The position numbers and the translations under genes were made by a program. The notes below the pieces were generated by a model, which was not told the origin of the DNA, made no database searches, and saw only the letters and a list, made by a program, of their open reading frames with translations. Positions 25,219 through 38,100 of a stretch of DNA of 64,000 bases are shown in pieces. How positions within the stretch are numbered: the stretch's first letter is position 1; each line of letters starts with the position of its first letter. Source of the stretch: Lama guanicoe (taxonomy: Eukaryota); assembly GCA_013239625.1 (NCBI GenBank), contig MU053754.1:493379-557378 (forward strand), given 5' to 3'.

Positions 25219-25362
25219 AGAGGACAGGAATCACCTGTGTCCTGGCTGGTTTACAGCAGGACCACGGAAGGACTGAGCCTGATGGTACGTAGAGGACAGG
25301 AATCACCTGTGTCCTGGCTGGTTTACAGGAGGACCATGGAAGTACTGAGCCTGACGGTACGT
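25219..25362. repeat. 72-bp tandem duplication, 2 copies
   Basis: Unit AGAGGACAGGAATCACCTGTGTCCTGGCTGGTTTACAG... starts at 25219 and 25291, with 4 mismatches between the copies. Confidence 0.95.
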
Positions 25363-25693
25363 GCACAAAGTCTTTCATAAAGAACAAAGCACTTGCTACA
25401 TCAACGTAAGGAACTGTTACTGCCAGCCAAGCCTATGCACAGGGTAAACGAGGGCCTGCTAAACATCACAAGAGAAAACACGGAGCTACTCCGGGGCTTC
25501 TGGGAGCCGCCTGTCTGGAGGTGGCTTCGGAGGAAGCCTGGTTGATCTGTTCATCAGACCTGTACTTTCCCAGCACTTACCAAGTGCGCTCTGCAAGACT
25601 GGGTCTAAGGAAAGTGCTGATGCTCACCGCGTGTGACAATTATTTACATCAGCACTTGCTCATTTCCCCCAAAGTGAATTGCGGCCGGGTTAC

Positions 25694-25829
25694 CTTAATG
25701 AGGTCCTCCCTGGAGGAGAAGCTGGAGACTAAGTCATTTTCTCTGGTCTTGGTGTTGGTGATGGAGATGTGCAGGCGGTTGTGGGCCAGCTCGTGCGCGT
25801 TGGCAGGGAGAATCGACTCCATCCCTCTC
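25694..25829 (-). CDS. PNPLA4: PNPLA4 third coding exon (136 nt)
   Basis: ttttttAG|G AGA GGG ATG... = (R)RGMESILPANAHELAHNRLHISITNTKTRENDLVSSFSSREDLIK, then AAG|GTAACC. Confidence 0.97.
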
Positions 25830-26480
25830 CTAAAAAAGAAAAAAGTGACCCGCATGTCGGGCTGCACCCAGCAGGCCGGCAAGCCATGGACTGGCCCAGA
25901 CTCGTGACCTGAGGAAGAGCCTGAAGCCAGCACCAGGTGTTTACTGGATGGGGGTCTTACACGGCCAAAACGAAGGGTCCTGGTGCAATACCCCACTGTG
26001 CGCAGCAGCCAGCAGGTGGGACAGGGCCGCCATCTTCCTCCTACTTGGGGGAGGAGGCGGTGGCTACCATTTATAGGCGGAACTGACGTCAGCTTGGCTC
26101 ATCAGTTACCAGAGAAACCAGCAGCTCCCACCCCCTCTGGTAAACGACCACCAGGTGGGCAGGTGTTTCCCTTTAACAAATTGGCAGGTGAAGCCGTTCT
26201 GGCCTAAGGGCTGGAACAATCGCTAGCTGGGGTGGGGGAGGGGGCAGGCACGTTCACGTGAGTTGCCCTCAGGTGAAGCAGGGACTGTTGGAGCAGAGGA
26301 TGTAGAGAAAACAAGAGGACAGCCATCTTGAGGGGCCTGACCGAACACCGCAGGATTCACCTTTAATCTGACCACCTGGTAAAGATTTAAGAGGAGAGGA
26401 TGCTGACTAAGCTTGCCACAGTTTATAGAGAGCATCCTCCGTCTTCACACGCTTTGCGGGGTACTGTAGCCTGTGCATAC

Positions 26481-26575
26481 CTCAATCGGGCCATGAAATC
26501 ATAGCCAGGCGTTACTGCCCCAAGCAACTGCCTTCGGGTTTCTTCAGCAAACTTGTAAGTAAACTCGTTACATTC
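26481..26575 (-). CDS. PNPLA4: PNPLA4 second coding exon (95 nt)
   Basis: Read by hand because it is not in the ORF track: ttccAG|GAA TGT AAC GAG... = ECNEFTYKFAEETRRQLLGAVTPGYDFMARL(R), ending AG|GTATGC. Phase is consistent with the neighbouring exons. Confidence 0.97.
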
Positions 26576-27375
26576 CTGGAAAAGAAAATCAATAAGTGAC
26601 CCTACGTTTCTGCCCCCCCAAAATCATTCTAGTTCCACAGTCCTTCACAGGTGAGCAAATCCCCATGGGGCCTGGTCCTCACCCACCATGCCAGGGCCTC
26701 AGGCAAGCTCTGTGCTCTCAAGTTCCAACCTTTTTTTTTTTTTATCTTTAACCACCTCAAATGGCTTTGTCTACCTGTGGAAAATCCTTGAAGGCTGGAT
26801 TCTAATTCTAATCGAGCATGTTCTTTTATAGATTTCTCCAACACCATTAAGCTCCTCTCCCACCCCAGGTCTGTGCAGACGCATGGAATGCAGCTCTGCG
26901 GCAGCACTGATGATCAAGGACAGCACCAGTAAAACAGACAGGAGTGGCGACGGCTGTCGTGTGCAGGTACTGAGTCATGTGAGTCTTTGGAGGTAAGCCT
27001 CGGGCACGGGGATTTCACAGATGTCCCCCAATGGGGTCTAGCAGCAGCCAGGGCTGGGGTCCACAGATGTGGCCCCTGTCAGCCCATCTTCATGTCACCC
27101 TGCAAGGTGGGTACAGTCACTGCACTCGACAGGTAAGAAACCTGAAGTTTGGGGGTAAGTATCTTTCCCACTGTGTCGCAGGAAACGAGTGTCAGAGCCA
27201 GGATCTGAACCCAGGCCTATCTTTCATTTATTAGTCTGTCCAGCCAGCAGTCTGCGGGGCACCAGGTATTGGGTCGGCACTGGGATTCGGCAGAGAATGA
27301 GCTCCACAGAGCCCTGCCCTCCTGAGATTCAGGAGTCCCTCCATGAGTAGGTGACAGAATGTTAGGAAACATCCG

Positions 27376-27861
27376 TGTGGTGGGCAGATTCAAGCCCCTC
27401 CCTGCCCCAACAATGCCCACATTCTAGTCCCCGGAACCTGGGAGTATGTTCCCGTATACAGCCAAGGGGGCTGCCAGATGATTACGTTAAGGGTTCTAAG
27501 AGAAGGACTTGACCCTGGATTTTCTGGGTGAGTCCAGTGTAATCAAAAGGTTCCTGCAGGTGAAAGAGGGAGGCAGGAGTGTCACAGCGAGAGAGAGAGA
27601 GGTGAGGGTGCTCTCCTTATGACTTCAAGGATGCAGGAAGGGGCCAGGAGCTGGGGAGTGCAGGTAGCCTGTAGAAACTGGAAAGGGCAAGGAAACTGAG
27701 CCTCCTGCCCAGAGGGAGCACGCCCTGCAGACACTCTGATTTTAGCCAGTGAGACCTTTTCAGACTTCTGGCCTCTGGGACCATTAGAAAATCAATGTGT
27801 GATGTCTTAAGGCTCTTAGGTTTATGGCCACTTGTTGCCATAGCAACAGGGAACAACTACA
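27376..27861 (+). mobile_element. MLT1D-like MaLR solo LTR
   Basis: Starts TGTGGTGGGCAGA, contains 'tagaaactggaaagggcaaggaaac' and 'ctgattttagccagtgagacc', and ends 'agcaacagggaacaactaCA'. Confidence 0.85.
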
Positions 27862-29221
27862 GTGGGCGCCAGCCTCCAACTTCACTTCCCTGCAACTGGA
27901 CATCTAGGCTGAGACCTAACATACGGACAGGTGTTGGACAGGAGATGGAGGAGGAAGAGGAAGACAGGCAGGCAGGAAAGTGACAATAGCGCAGACAGAG
28001 TCCAGACTGGAAACGCAAGCTCAGTGAGCCACAACACGGCCACAGTACACGTCGCCTTGTAAGAAACCTGCAGCCTGTCCTGAGGCCAAGGGAGCGCCCC
28101 CTACACCGGGGTGTGTGAGGGGGAGGTAGGGGAATGAGATATCCAGATTTCTGTTTGGGTAAAAATCAGTGTAAGTGCAGAGGTGGGTGGACTGTGGGCA
28201 GCAGGAGGGGATGCAGGCCTGCCTGTCATGCAGCTGCTGCAGACTTCCAGGGGAGAAACGGGGGTGGCCCCCCATGTGTGCTCTTTCTACTGAGCCAGGC
28301 TGCGCACTCAGCTTATTTCTTGTCTTAATTTTAGTTACACACACACATGCACACACACACCCCTGATGAGACTGGAAACTTATGAAGGAATGCACTTACT
28401 CATCTTTGAGTTAGTTCCCTGCTGAATCTAATGCCATGCCTTGCAAATTATGAGGGCTGAGGAAAGGCTGCAGTGCAGAATTTCTAACACATCAACGTCT
28501 AAATCTGCCTACACCTAAAATACACCCGGCGTCAGGTGCTCCTCTTAATTATACATGCACAAGTTCGGAACTAGATTAATTACTCACATATTTGTCACAC
28601 CACCACCAAGCTCGAGGAACTTACACCACCCGGGAGAACTGAGCTAACAGGGACTTGAGTAGGTAGAAGACAGTTTGCTGAAAAGAAAACTCAAAGCAGT
28701 CCTACAAGGGGTAGATTTCAAATGCTAAAAGGAAAAGAAATAAACTAACTGCAAGGCAAATGGCTGAAAGCTTACTTTGGAAAAGGAGGAAGGACGATGC
28801 CCTAGGTAAATACAGAGAACCATTTCTGACCTTCTAAGGTGAGCACCCAATAAAGACTCACCCTTAGGTTTTACCAACAATGAGACGATATGATGGGGTC
28901 TCCAGTTTATTTAAAGTATAAGTAAGAACAGGTAATCTGACTGATTCCAAGCCTCAAGTTCAGGTAAAGGATGCAAGGTCTGAACATGACAGAATTTCAC
29001 TTAAGCAGCTGTGTTATCACAGTATTTCCAAAACACATTAATTCTAAATCACACATTTCTAAATCTGCTAAGGACTGGAAACCAAATCTACTTAACTCCA
29101 AAGCCCAGGGTTTGCTCCAACTGAAGGCAAGCCTACACTAAACAGGCGGAAACAGCCCCTGAGTAGCCCTGCTTCAGAAAGGAAAGGAAGAAATGTGAAG
29201 CAACCAGCTCACAGCTGACGG

Positions 29222-29937
29222 TGTAAGGGAGCAGGACCCAATGGGCCTTCCCAGGACAGACATGCCCCCTGCCAAACGTCTTCCACCTGCCTTTCGTCTG
29301 CAGAAAAAGTTTAGCCAAAGAATAAATCTAATCATAGAAATGGAAAAAATGTAGAGGCAAAGAAAAGCAGTCAAATAGGTCAAAATAATAGTTTAGCCAT
29401 TGAGCAAAGTCAAGGATCTGGAGTTCTTGACTGAAGTTACAGACCTCAAGAGCCACAGATCATATTCTGAGCCATGTCCTTTGAGCTGTTTTGCAGATAC
29501 TGGAACCCTCACCAGGTGGAAGATGTTACCTGCATGATGACCAGACTGTAGCCACAACATAAGCTGCTCCATCTTACACAGTTCCAAGAACTGGCCTCGA
29601 GGAAATGGGAACAAACCGACCCTAGAACTGAAGATCAGCTGCACTTAAAACAGTCAAGATGACGCTGATCAGACTACCGCGCGCCTAACTTCAGGATGAT
29701 TGCGTTGAATGTGCTGTTCTGCACATGGCCCCTCCCTCCACCTACACACCCCTGAAATTCTTCTTTAAAAGCTCTTGCCCCTGATCGGCAGTGGAGAGTT
29801 GGTTCTTTAGGACATAAATCCACCTTTTCCCCAGGATTGCCGGCTTCCTCAGTAAAGCTGTTTTTCCTTTTACCCAACACCTGTCTCTTCATATTGGATT
29901 CTTGAGCAACGAGCAGCTGAACCTAAGTTTGATAACA
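29222..29937 (+). mobile_element. ERV1-type solo LTR in a PNPLA4 intron, antisense to the gene
   Basis: TG...CA termini (TGTAAGGGAG ... GATAACA), TATA-like TTTAAAA at ~29764, AGTAAA poly(A)-like signal at 29851 and U5-like 'gagcagctgaacctaagttt'. Confidence 0.75.
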
Positions 29938-30915
29938 AGAACACACGATTCTGCCCGTTTGGGAGGAGTTTTCACACTTCATTTACGCTTTCCCTGACTT
30001 AACGTTCTCATCCCATACAATCACTAAAGGTTTTCATCACTTTTCTAGTTTCCTAGAAAGCAACTATGTAACGACTGGAAAAAAAAAAAGAGATGTCAAT
30101 TTCTGAATAACTGGCCTCAAACCCCATTTGTCTTCCATAAGCAGCTCACCATAGAGCTGAAAACAAGATTTTTGGCGTTTAAAATGTCACTTTGAAAATT
30201 TAAATGTGACTTAAATTCACTCTTGGGCATGAAAGTGTTAATCATTATTTGATGACTGTTCCAAGCCACTAGAGTACGTAAGTAATTAACAGGTATAATA
30301 TCCTCCACCTGCAGAAGCCAGTGCCCACAGTCAAGGAATGCATGATGGCTGTCTAAAAGCAGAAAACACATTTTAAAAACATAGTCTGCACTAAACGAAA
30401 CACTTAATGAAGGCTCATTTTTATTACTTCTAGATAAACTTGGAATTCGGGGCTTCTTCTTTCTGTGAGAATGAAAAACAAACTAAATTCCAATATCATT
30501 CCACTCAAAAGAAATTTCAGGCTCACATTTTAGCTTACAGGCCTGTCTTTAAACAGGACTGAGCAGTTATCAGCCCCTGTTCAAGGCCTTGAGAACAGGC
30601 CCCGTGCTCTTCTCATGATCAAATAAGGGAGAAATATCCTTTGCTTGAAAGAAACGAAGCTGGAATCTTAAGACTAAACAAACAATTCAAGAGTAAAATA
30701 AGGCATTTACTTCCTTGTCTTATTGTCACCCAAATAATCTTTTCCAAATGCAGAACACAGATCCCCAGTGACTGTATTTTAAAAGAAGTCTCAACTTTTT
30801 CTGTTTCCCAGGCAGATGATTATTTTTCTGTAGTTAACAGTATCGTTAACAATCATCTTCGTTGTTCAGTCTTAATTTCTTAATGAGGAACAGAGCCTAG
30901 TTATTACTTAATTAC

Positions 30916-31095
30916 CTCTATTTTTTCTGGCGCTGTTAGCAGGACGGAAGCAACCAAGGATCCTGCAGAAGCCCCCGCAAAGGCCTTGACATCCTTCAGA
31001 AGCTTTTTTCCGTGTCTGCGAAGTGCAGATGCTGCCCCCAAGTGGTAAATGCCCAGAAACCCACAGGCTGCAAAGGACAAGTTGATGTGCTTCAT
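30916..31095 (-). CDS. PNPLA4: PNPLA4 first coding exon (aa 1-60)
   Basis: Translates to MKHINLSFAACGFLGIYHLGAASALRRHGKKLLKDVKAFAGASAGSLVASVLLTAPEKIE, with the patatin glycine-rich loop CGFLG and the GASAG nucleophile motif (Ser43). 180 nt, followed by donor GAG|GTAATT at 30915-30914. Upstream acceptor tctccAG at 31110-31109 leaves 13 nt of 5' UTR in this exon. Confidence 0.98.
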
Positions 31096-31779
31096 TCTAG
31101 CTGCGAAACTGGAGACACAAAAACCAAAAATGCTTTAAGTTGGTGTGCTTTGTAGTCGTTCCAGGGCTTTTAAAAAAAAATATATATATATATATAATTC
31201 ATCTGTACTAAGCACAGTATTTTCTATTAAACTCTAATTAAACACCTCAAACTTTCAAGGAAATATTTTCTTCCCCCCTCACCTTAAACCAATATAATCA
31301 CATTAATTAAAAAAATTTTTTCTACAATAGTCTATTATTTGTTCAGTACATGGGTTACGCAATCTATTTTTTAATTACTTGGTAAAAAACCAAATTTATA
31401 AATTCCACCGGCAAGGCGTTTAATCTTTTTTCTTGACCTTTGGGAATTTGAGGGGTGGGGTATTGTGGAAAGGTAAAATCATTAGAGACTGCAGCAAATT
31501 CCAAATGTACCACCCATCTGCCCTTTACAAGTGTACCAGTCAATTTAAAACAGTTATCTCTGCTCTTCACTCTTTTCCATTGGGAGCATCCGTTTAAACG
31601 GATGCTCACAATTATTTCATAATGCAACACTCAATTATTCAGCAATGCAATATATTTCATAGCCAAGCTTCAAGACAAACTGAGGTCATGACTGGCAAGG
31701 GCAACTGAAGGCTCAAAGCAATGTCATCTGCAAAGCCTGATACTTGTAACAAACCTAACTGTAAAATTGTTATTTCCGA

Positions 31780-32800
31780 ACCCGCAGCGGGCATGATTAC
31801 ACGACGTGTATTAAATAGTCCCCCCTACCCCACCTCGCTGCTCACTTGGCAGCCCTCAGGCCTTCCTCCGCGGCCCCAGGACCCTGATTCCCAGACCTTT
31901 AGATGGGGCACTTGGCCTGGGCCTCGAATTTAGGAACCTAAGACTGTTGCTCTGACGCACCGAGCCGGGCCCTGTGCGGAAGGAGGCTCAGCCACCGCAG
32001 CCAAGCCTCGGTTTTGATTTAATTACTGCAGAAGGGAGGGGAGAGACGGTGAAGTGAGCTCAGTCTCCAGGCGGCCGGCCCAGGGCGCGCAGGCCCAGAG
32101 TCTTCACCCCGCCCACCCCACCGCGGCCTCGGGGCTGCGGGGCAAGGACAGCCGCCACTACAGCCCCGGCGAAGCCTACTTGCACCCGCTCTCCCGAGAG
32201 CCGCCTCCTGGTGCTGAAACCAGCCCCCCGCCGGCCCTGCGTTCCACCCTACCAATGCCGGCCTGAGGCCCTTCCCTGTCGAACAGCCTTCTCCAACTCC
32301 TTAACCGGAAGGTGGGGCCGGGCCGTCACTCAACGCGGCCCCGCCTATCAGGGCCGGACCACGCTCGCCTTGCGCCCGCCCAGGAATGTTCCGCGGAAGG
32401 GGCTGAAGACGGACTACTCGCGCGGACCTGTGACGTCATCACGCCGACGCGGGCGTCCGCTGGGCCCCGCCTTCTCAGTTTAAAATGCTGGACTCAACGT
32501 GCCGGCGCGCGCTCGGCCGCTTGACCCTGGTGTCCCCTATCGCTGGTAAGGGATAAAACTTTCTCGTCTCGAGTCATGCTGTCTTCGGATACCTAGGAAT
32601 GCAATTTGGTGCCTTCGCGCCCCCTGCGGGCCTGCCCTCACCTCGAGTCGCTGACCCTGAACGACCCTCATTGTTGCGCACCGGAAGTGCTTGACCCTCT
32701 TGGGGTCACTTTCCCGGATGTGGGCCCTCTCTTCCTCACCCTCGGGGCGGTCCTGCGGTACCTCAGGGCGGGGTGCAGGAGCTAGACTGGGACCGAATGG
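31780..32800 (-). promoter_or_regulatory. PNPLA4: CpG island, PNPLA4 promoter and probable non-coding exon 1
   Basis: Dense CpG/GC sequence about 0.7-1.7 kb upstream of the first coding exon. Contains a full CRE TGACGTCA (32431-32438), an ETS/GABP site CCGGAAGT (32681-32688) and a GC box near 32766. Candidate minus-strand exon-1 donors are CAA|GTAGGC (~32179) and CAA|GTGAGC (31845). Confidence 0.85.
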
Positions 32801-33634
32801 CCCACAGCTTTTTCCCTAAGCACTGTTGGAAAGGCTTTGGGCAGCGTCCACATCCTCAACCCGCGTTAGGCAGTGTGACCCTAGGCGGCTTGTATAACCT
32901 CTCTGAGCTTCCCAGGTGACTAACCTGCAAATTGCGATAGTAAAATCCCAGTTGGCGCCATAAAGCTCATGCCGCTTCATGCCGGTTAGTGGGCCTTCAG
33001 CAGACCAGCCTCTGTTGCATGCTGTGGCCCCACACGCTCTGGATAGACCCGAGAAGCAGCTTTAAATGGCGGCCAAGTCGGCTGACATTCCCACTCAGAT
33101 TCAGAGGACTCTGACAATTCTTTCTCTCTCTAAACAATGTTTTTCCCGTCCAGTCCTAACAACCAAGCCAGGAGGAATTGCATGCTTTATTGGTTGAAGG
33201 TTCTCCAAGTCCTCTTAAGGACAGATTTACTCTCAATTGAAGCAATAGGGGAGAATCTGAAAAAATGCAAGTGTCTCTACCTTCAGCATGAGAGGAGTGG
33301 GGAGCTCCCCAAATGGCCTTTACCTTGGACCTTTTCCTTCTCTCCCGTTTGGGATGCGAGTAACCTGGGTTCTGGCCCACAACACTCTTCTGTAAGCAAG
33401 AGCCCTGGATGTGATGGCTAAGGAAGAGATTTTGGTTTTTATTCTCATGTATAGACTTCTCAGATAGTTCGAGCCTGCATTCACGGTAATGCCTAAGCAT
33501 AGCACAACTACAGTGCTCTATGAATTCTTTACTGCCTTTAGAATTTAGTGAAGGGAAGGTGAAGTTTATCTCCAGGAAATACAGAAGGATAAGCTCTTCA
33601 TTCTTTAACCCTTCCACTGCCTTCTGAGTCTGGT

Positions 33635-33785
33635 AGAGAGTGGTCTTCTCATGAGAGCATCTTGCAAGAAATTTATTAGGAGGGAAGAATCCCAGGCCTC
33701 ATGTCCGGTCTCCTGAAGCAGAGCCTGCATTTTAACAGAATCCCTAGGAATTGCTATGTATGATAAAGTGTGCGAAGCCCTGGTC
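33635..33785. mobile_element. MER5-like DNA transposon relic
   Basis: 'gaatcccaggcctc...ctgcattttaacagaatccctagg...aaagtgtgcgaagccctg'. Confidence 0.6.
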
Positions 33786-36700
33786 TAACTCCTAGGGTGA
33801 TCTGGTTTAAAGTGGTGTGGTGGCATCAAAAATTAAAGGAGAGACAACATCCTTAGAGCCAGAATCTGGGGTGGTGGTGGCAGAGCAACTGTTTCCTGCA
33901 TTTGGGCACTGTCATCAGGTCAGTTCAGAAGACGGATGGAAAATTTGTCACTGGGGCAGCCAGGAGGAACACCACGACTTTGGGGTTTTTTGCTTAAAGG
34001 AAAGGTGAGACCAGCTGTTAGTACCACACCTGCCGGTGAGTGAAATCCCACTAAATTTAAATCTCATATTCACAAAGCTCCATAATTTAATTCTTAACAT
34101 TTTAAACTCTATAAAAAGAAAAACTTCCTCTTTTTTTTTTCTTCTACCCTGTATCATGTTTACATGCAGCTAATCAGAAAGTTCAGGAAAGAAGAATATC
34201 AGATTCATTCACGTTTGTCTTTGTAATCTCAGAGCCGTGCACAACACTTGGTGCATAGTGTATGATCGATAAATATTTGTTTTGATTGTTGGGTGTAAGT
34301 AAATTACTCTTCTGTTGTGAGTATGTTGTAATTGAATTACCCTTTAAGGACATTTTTCAGTAATTCATCTGTGTGTTTTTTACTTCTCTATTTTCCTTAG
34401 TAACTTAGTTTTGAACTGGTTTGTTAGCCATCTATTAAGCATCCATTGTATAACCAACACAGTACTGGTACAGGGCAGACAAAGGTGACTAGAATTCAGT
34501 TCCTCTTCAGCAGCCCAGGGGGGTGGGGAGACATCCGATATGTAATGACCAAGTCGTAATCATGTGCTAGGACGAGGCCACACACAGGTGCTCTGGGTGT
34601 GCACGCGGAGCTAGGGAGTGGGAAACCCTTAGCCCTGGGGACACCCACCAGAGCACTTGGCACAGAAACTAAGTGCCCAAGACTTTCCCTGTCTCCATCT
34701 TCCTCCCAACAGATTTCATCAGGTATTCTCATAAAGAGGGAGAAGGATACAGGGTGAGGGATGCTTGCCACACCTCTACCCCCAAGGACCGAGCCTTATC
34801 TCCAAATCTCCGGTGTCATCTCTCGTCCCAGTCTCCTGTTCACGTGGTGGTGTTTTGTTTTCCAGTCTTGGCATCGTAACACCTGAGAACACCCCTGTGC
34901 AACCTGCCACCTTGCCCAACAACACCCTCCGCCTCCCTCTGTTTGCTGACCCATCATCCCTGTCCCCGCCTCCCAGAATCTCACATGCTGAGCCTGAGGA
35001 ACATTAAAGATGACAGGCGCCAGCTTTAATCTCTGGCCACACTGTCGGAGCACACAGCAGCGCCCCTCCCACATGGGCACTGAGGTAGTTCGTCTGGTCA
35101 CCATGCTCTGCCTGGTGGAAGCAGCCCCTTGTTTTGAGTAGGTGTTCACAGAATTCTGAGAAAGGCACTCCTGCCATCCTGGAATAGAACATCCCATGTG
35201 AACCCCCTGAGAAAGAGGCCACATCCCTTCCCCTGGGTCACTGTCTCCAAGGACCAAGGGCAGGCGGCCGTGTGGAGAGGCCAGCTGGAGAATTAAGACA
35301 GCCCACAGGGAATCGGGGCTGAGGAAGGGAGAAGCTGGTCAGTAGGTGCGATGGCATTTCCTGAGCCCGGGAGGCAGCTCTGACTGTCCCGGGCTCACTC
35401 CCTCCTCGCACTGACCCTTTTCTATTTGTTTTCTTAAGTGAGTTAGAACTAACATTCTAAATCTTGCAAATGAAACGCTTCTCACTAATAGAAGTGCATT
35501 TTCTGTTGCATCTGCTTTCTCTGTGCTTGAAATACGCTGCAAGGACTGACCGCTTGACGGAAAAACAGGGAATCTTTTCTAAATGGAAGAGTAATTTTTT
35601 CAAAAAGTCTATGAGTTATACATGTCATTTACATTTCTGTTATGTGTACATATACATTTAAATGTGTATATATAACAAAAGACTCAGACAACATCTGAAA
35701 ACAATTCAAGTAGGCATCCTTAAGAAGTGTAATTTGCTTGTGATTGAGTACATCTAAGGCTGTACAATAATCTATCGCTCTGAACATGGCATAGAAGCTA
35801 AGTATCAGGCTACTTCTATTAAAGAGAAACACTGAAAAAACCATAATCTTTATTTATAAGCTTTATTTTTACTTAATATGTGAGAGGTTCCAAATATAAT
35901 ATACATTGAACTGAGAAATCGAGATGGAAAGATTTTCTGAACGTTTCTCTTATTGCATTAGAAGTACTTAATTGTGGGCTTGCGATCGATATTCTGCAAG
36001 AGTGTGAGGTAGAGCAGATAAGCTTTCAAAATGTTCATACTGAAAAAGTATCTTTTATGCAAAAAGGGCTCAGATCTTCGGTAGCCAGGCGCTGGTGTTC
36101 GGGGTGACGGTGGGACTGGAGTACCGATGCACTACCGAGTCCTAAATATTTTTAAAAGCCTAGTAAAAGAAAATCTATGTCCTCTGCCCTGTTTTCTTTG
36201 TTGCAGAACAGCTATGCCCTTGACCTGGCCACTTGTGGTCCACAATTGCTATAGATGGTTGGAAATAGTCCTTCTTATTATATTTCAGATAATTATTTTC
36301 CAGTGGAAGGGATTACTGGGGAAACAGCGTCAATGTCAAAAAAAAGGGTATCGCTGAGTGATAAATGGAATGTCAGCTTTGGTGCCTTTGCCTCCTCAAA
36401 TGCACCAGCATGCTACTCTGTTTTAGTTTGGAGTACAGGATCTAATTATTACTGACTGATGCTTTTTCAAAAGAAAAACTCTAAATTGCTAAATCACCAG
36501 CTATCTATTCACCTCATTTCAAAGGGAGAAAACAAGAATTTGGATCTGCTTTGTGTCTGCATCCACTCCTATTGACTGGAATCACAGTATTAACAATGAT
36601 TCCGCCGATTGACTGCCCATTCCGTACCAGTCTTTGCACCCATTGTCTCCCTGTGATTTTTACAACAGTGATGATAGGTGGGGATTTACAGCAGATGAGG

Positions 36701-37704
36701 AATTAGGGTTAAAATGACTTTTCCATATCCACACAGAGGGGAGATGGTCAGCCCGGGTCTCCCTCACTTCAGAGCCTGTACACAGACCTTCCTCCCCTAC
36801 CCTGGTTCAGAAATGACCTCACAAGAGTATAAGCTCGTGTTATGTGCCCAGCATGGCGCTGTTTGGCCATCATGAGCCTCAGAACCTTGTTATTCCTTCA
36901 CTTCTTTTCTTTGGTCAGAATGTGTAATTGGTCTTCATATTTAGATGTTTACAGTTTTACTAAAAAGTGGTAAAACTTTATGAAATGTGATGTATGAATT
37001 TGTTTATTGATAAGATAGGAAACTTGTTTGCATCTGGAAAAGAAAAAAACAAACAAGTTCAACAATTCATTAAAGCTACCCTTTCTGCATTTATCAGTGA
37101 AAGCAGTCACTTTTTTTTTTATCACTCCTTTTCCTGGAAGCTGTGTCATAAAGTAGGTCATTGTATAGAGAACATAATTTCCATTAGGAACAATGTTATA
37201 AAAAGGGGGCCGTGTCATTGACCAAGGTCCTCACTCCAGATAAATCATATATCCAGTCAGTTGTCTCCATGCATTTGTCACTCTTTGAATAAACTGTAGT
37301 GTCTAGTATATGACAAGGACTGGACCGAGCACTAGAAAGTTTTTTTTTTAAATCTTGAGATAAACTGTCCATTTTTAGTTCACTGTTTTTTCTTGCTGGA
37401 ATGTACTTTCACATTTTTCTATTCTGTGAAGTCCTCATTATTCTTCAAGGCGTAAACAAATTCTACTATATCTTTTTGGATGATATTTAAGCACCTTCTG
37501 TCAATATTAACCACACCCTCCTCTTTGTTACCCTGCATGAGGCATTGCAGTAAAATGTGTCACCTTTTACTTTGCATAGAAATGTGGTTGCCTCTCCTTC
37601 CTATGTTCAGAGTTGGTTTGCAAGAGGGACTGTCTTGTACTTGGTTTTCGCCAGCATCTAGAAGGTGGCTAGAGCATAATGAATGTTTGTGAGAGTTGGG
37701 AATG

Positions 37705-38100
37705 TTTAGTTGGTATGTTTCAGATATCTAATTGGCTTAAGCAAGAAGAAAATGGCTGGTTCAAGTAATCGGGAGGTTTAGAGGCAGGACTAACAGTAGA
37801 TATGGCTGGATCATGCATGCAGTGGATGCTAGAAGGCCACCATTGTGCCATTTCCTGTCTATTGTTCTGGGCTTGGTTTCATTCTGCAGTCAGGACATCC
37901 CCAGGAGGCTGCTGGAAGCCTCACAGCCTCTTAGAGTATCAGTGGGAAAGTTCTTCTTTCACTGCCCAGCTCTCAAACTTAGAAAAAGACTCCTGCTGGT
38001 TCTATTTTTGTCACATGCATGTCCCTGGAAGAGTTCACGTGAACAGCAAATTGTGATACAATGATGTGAGCCTGTGATGGGGTGGGCGAGAGCCATGCAG
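37705..38100 (-). mobile_element. Old MLT1(I-K)-like LTR
   Basis: 'ggcttaagcaagaagaaaatggctggttcaagtaa...ggctggatc...gtcacatgcatgtccctgg'. Confidence 0.5.

Noticed and set aside
25219..25362. CRISPR-like array (also considered for 61127-61281)
   Set aside because: The units are directly adjacent with no unique spacers, there are no cas genes, and the context is mammalian.
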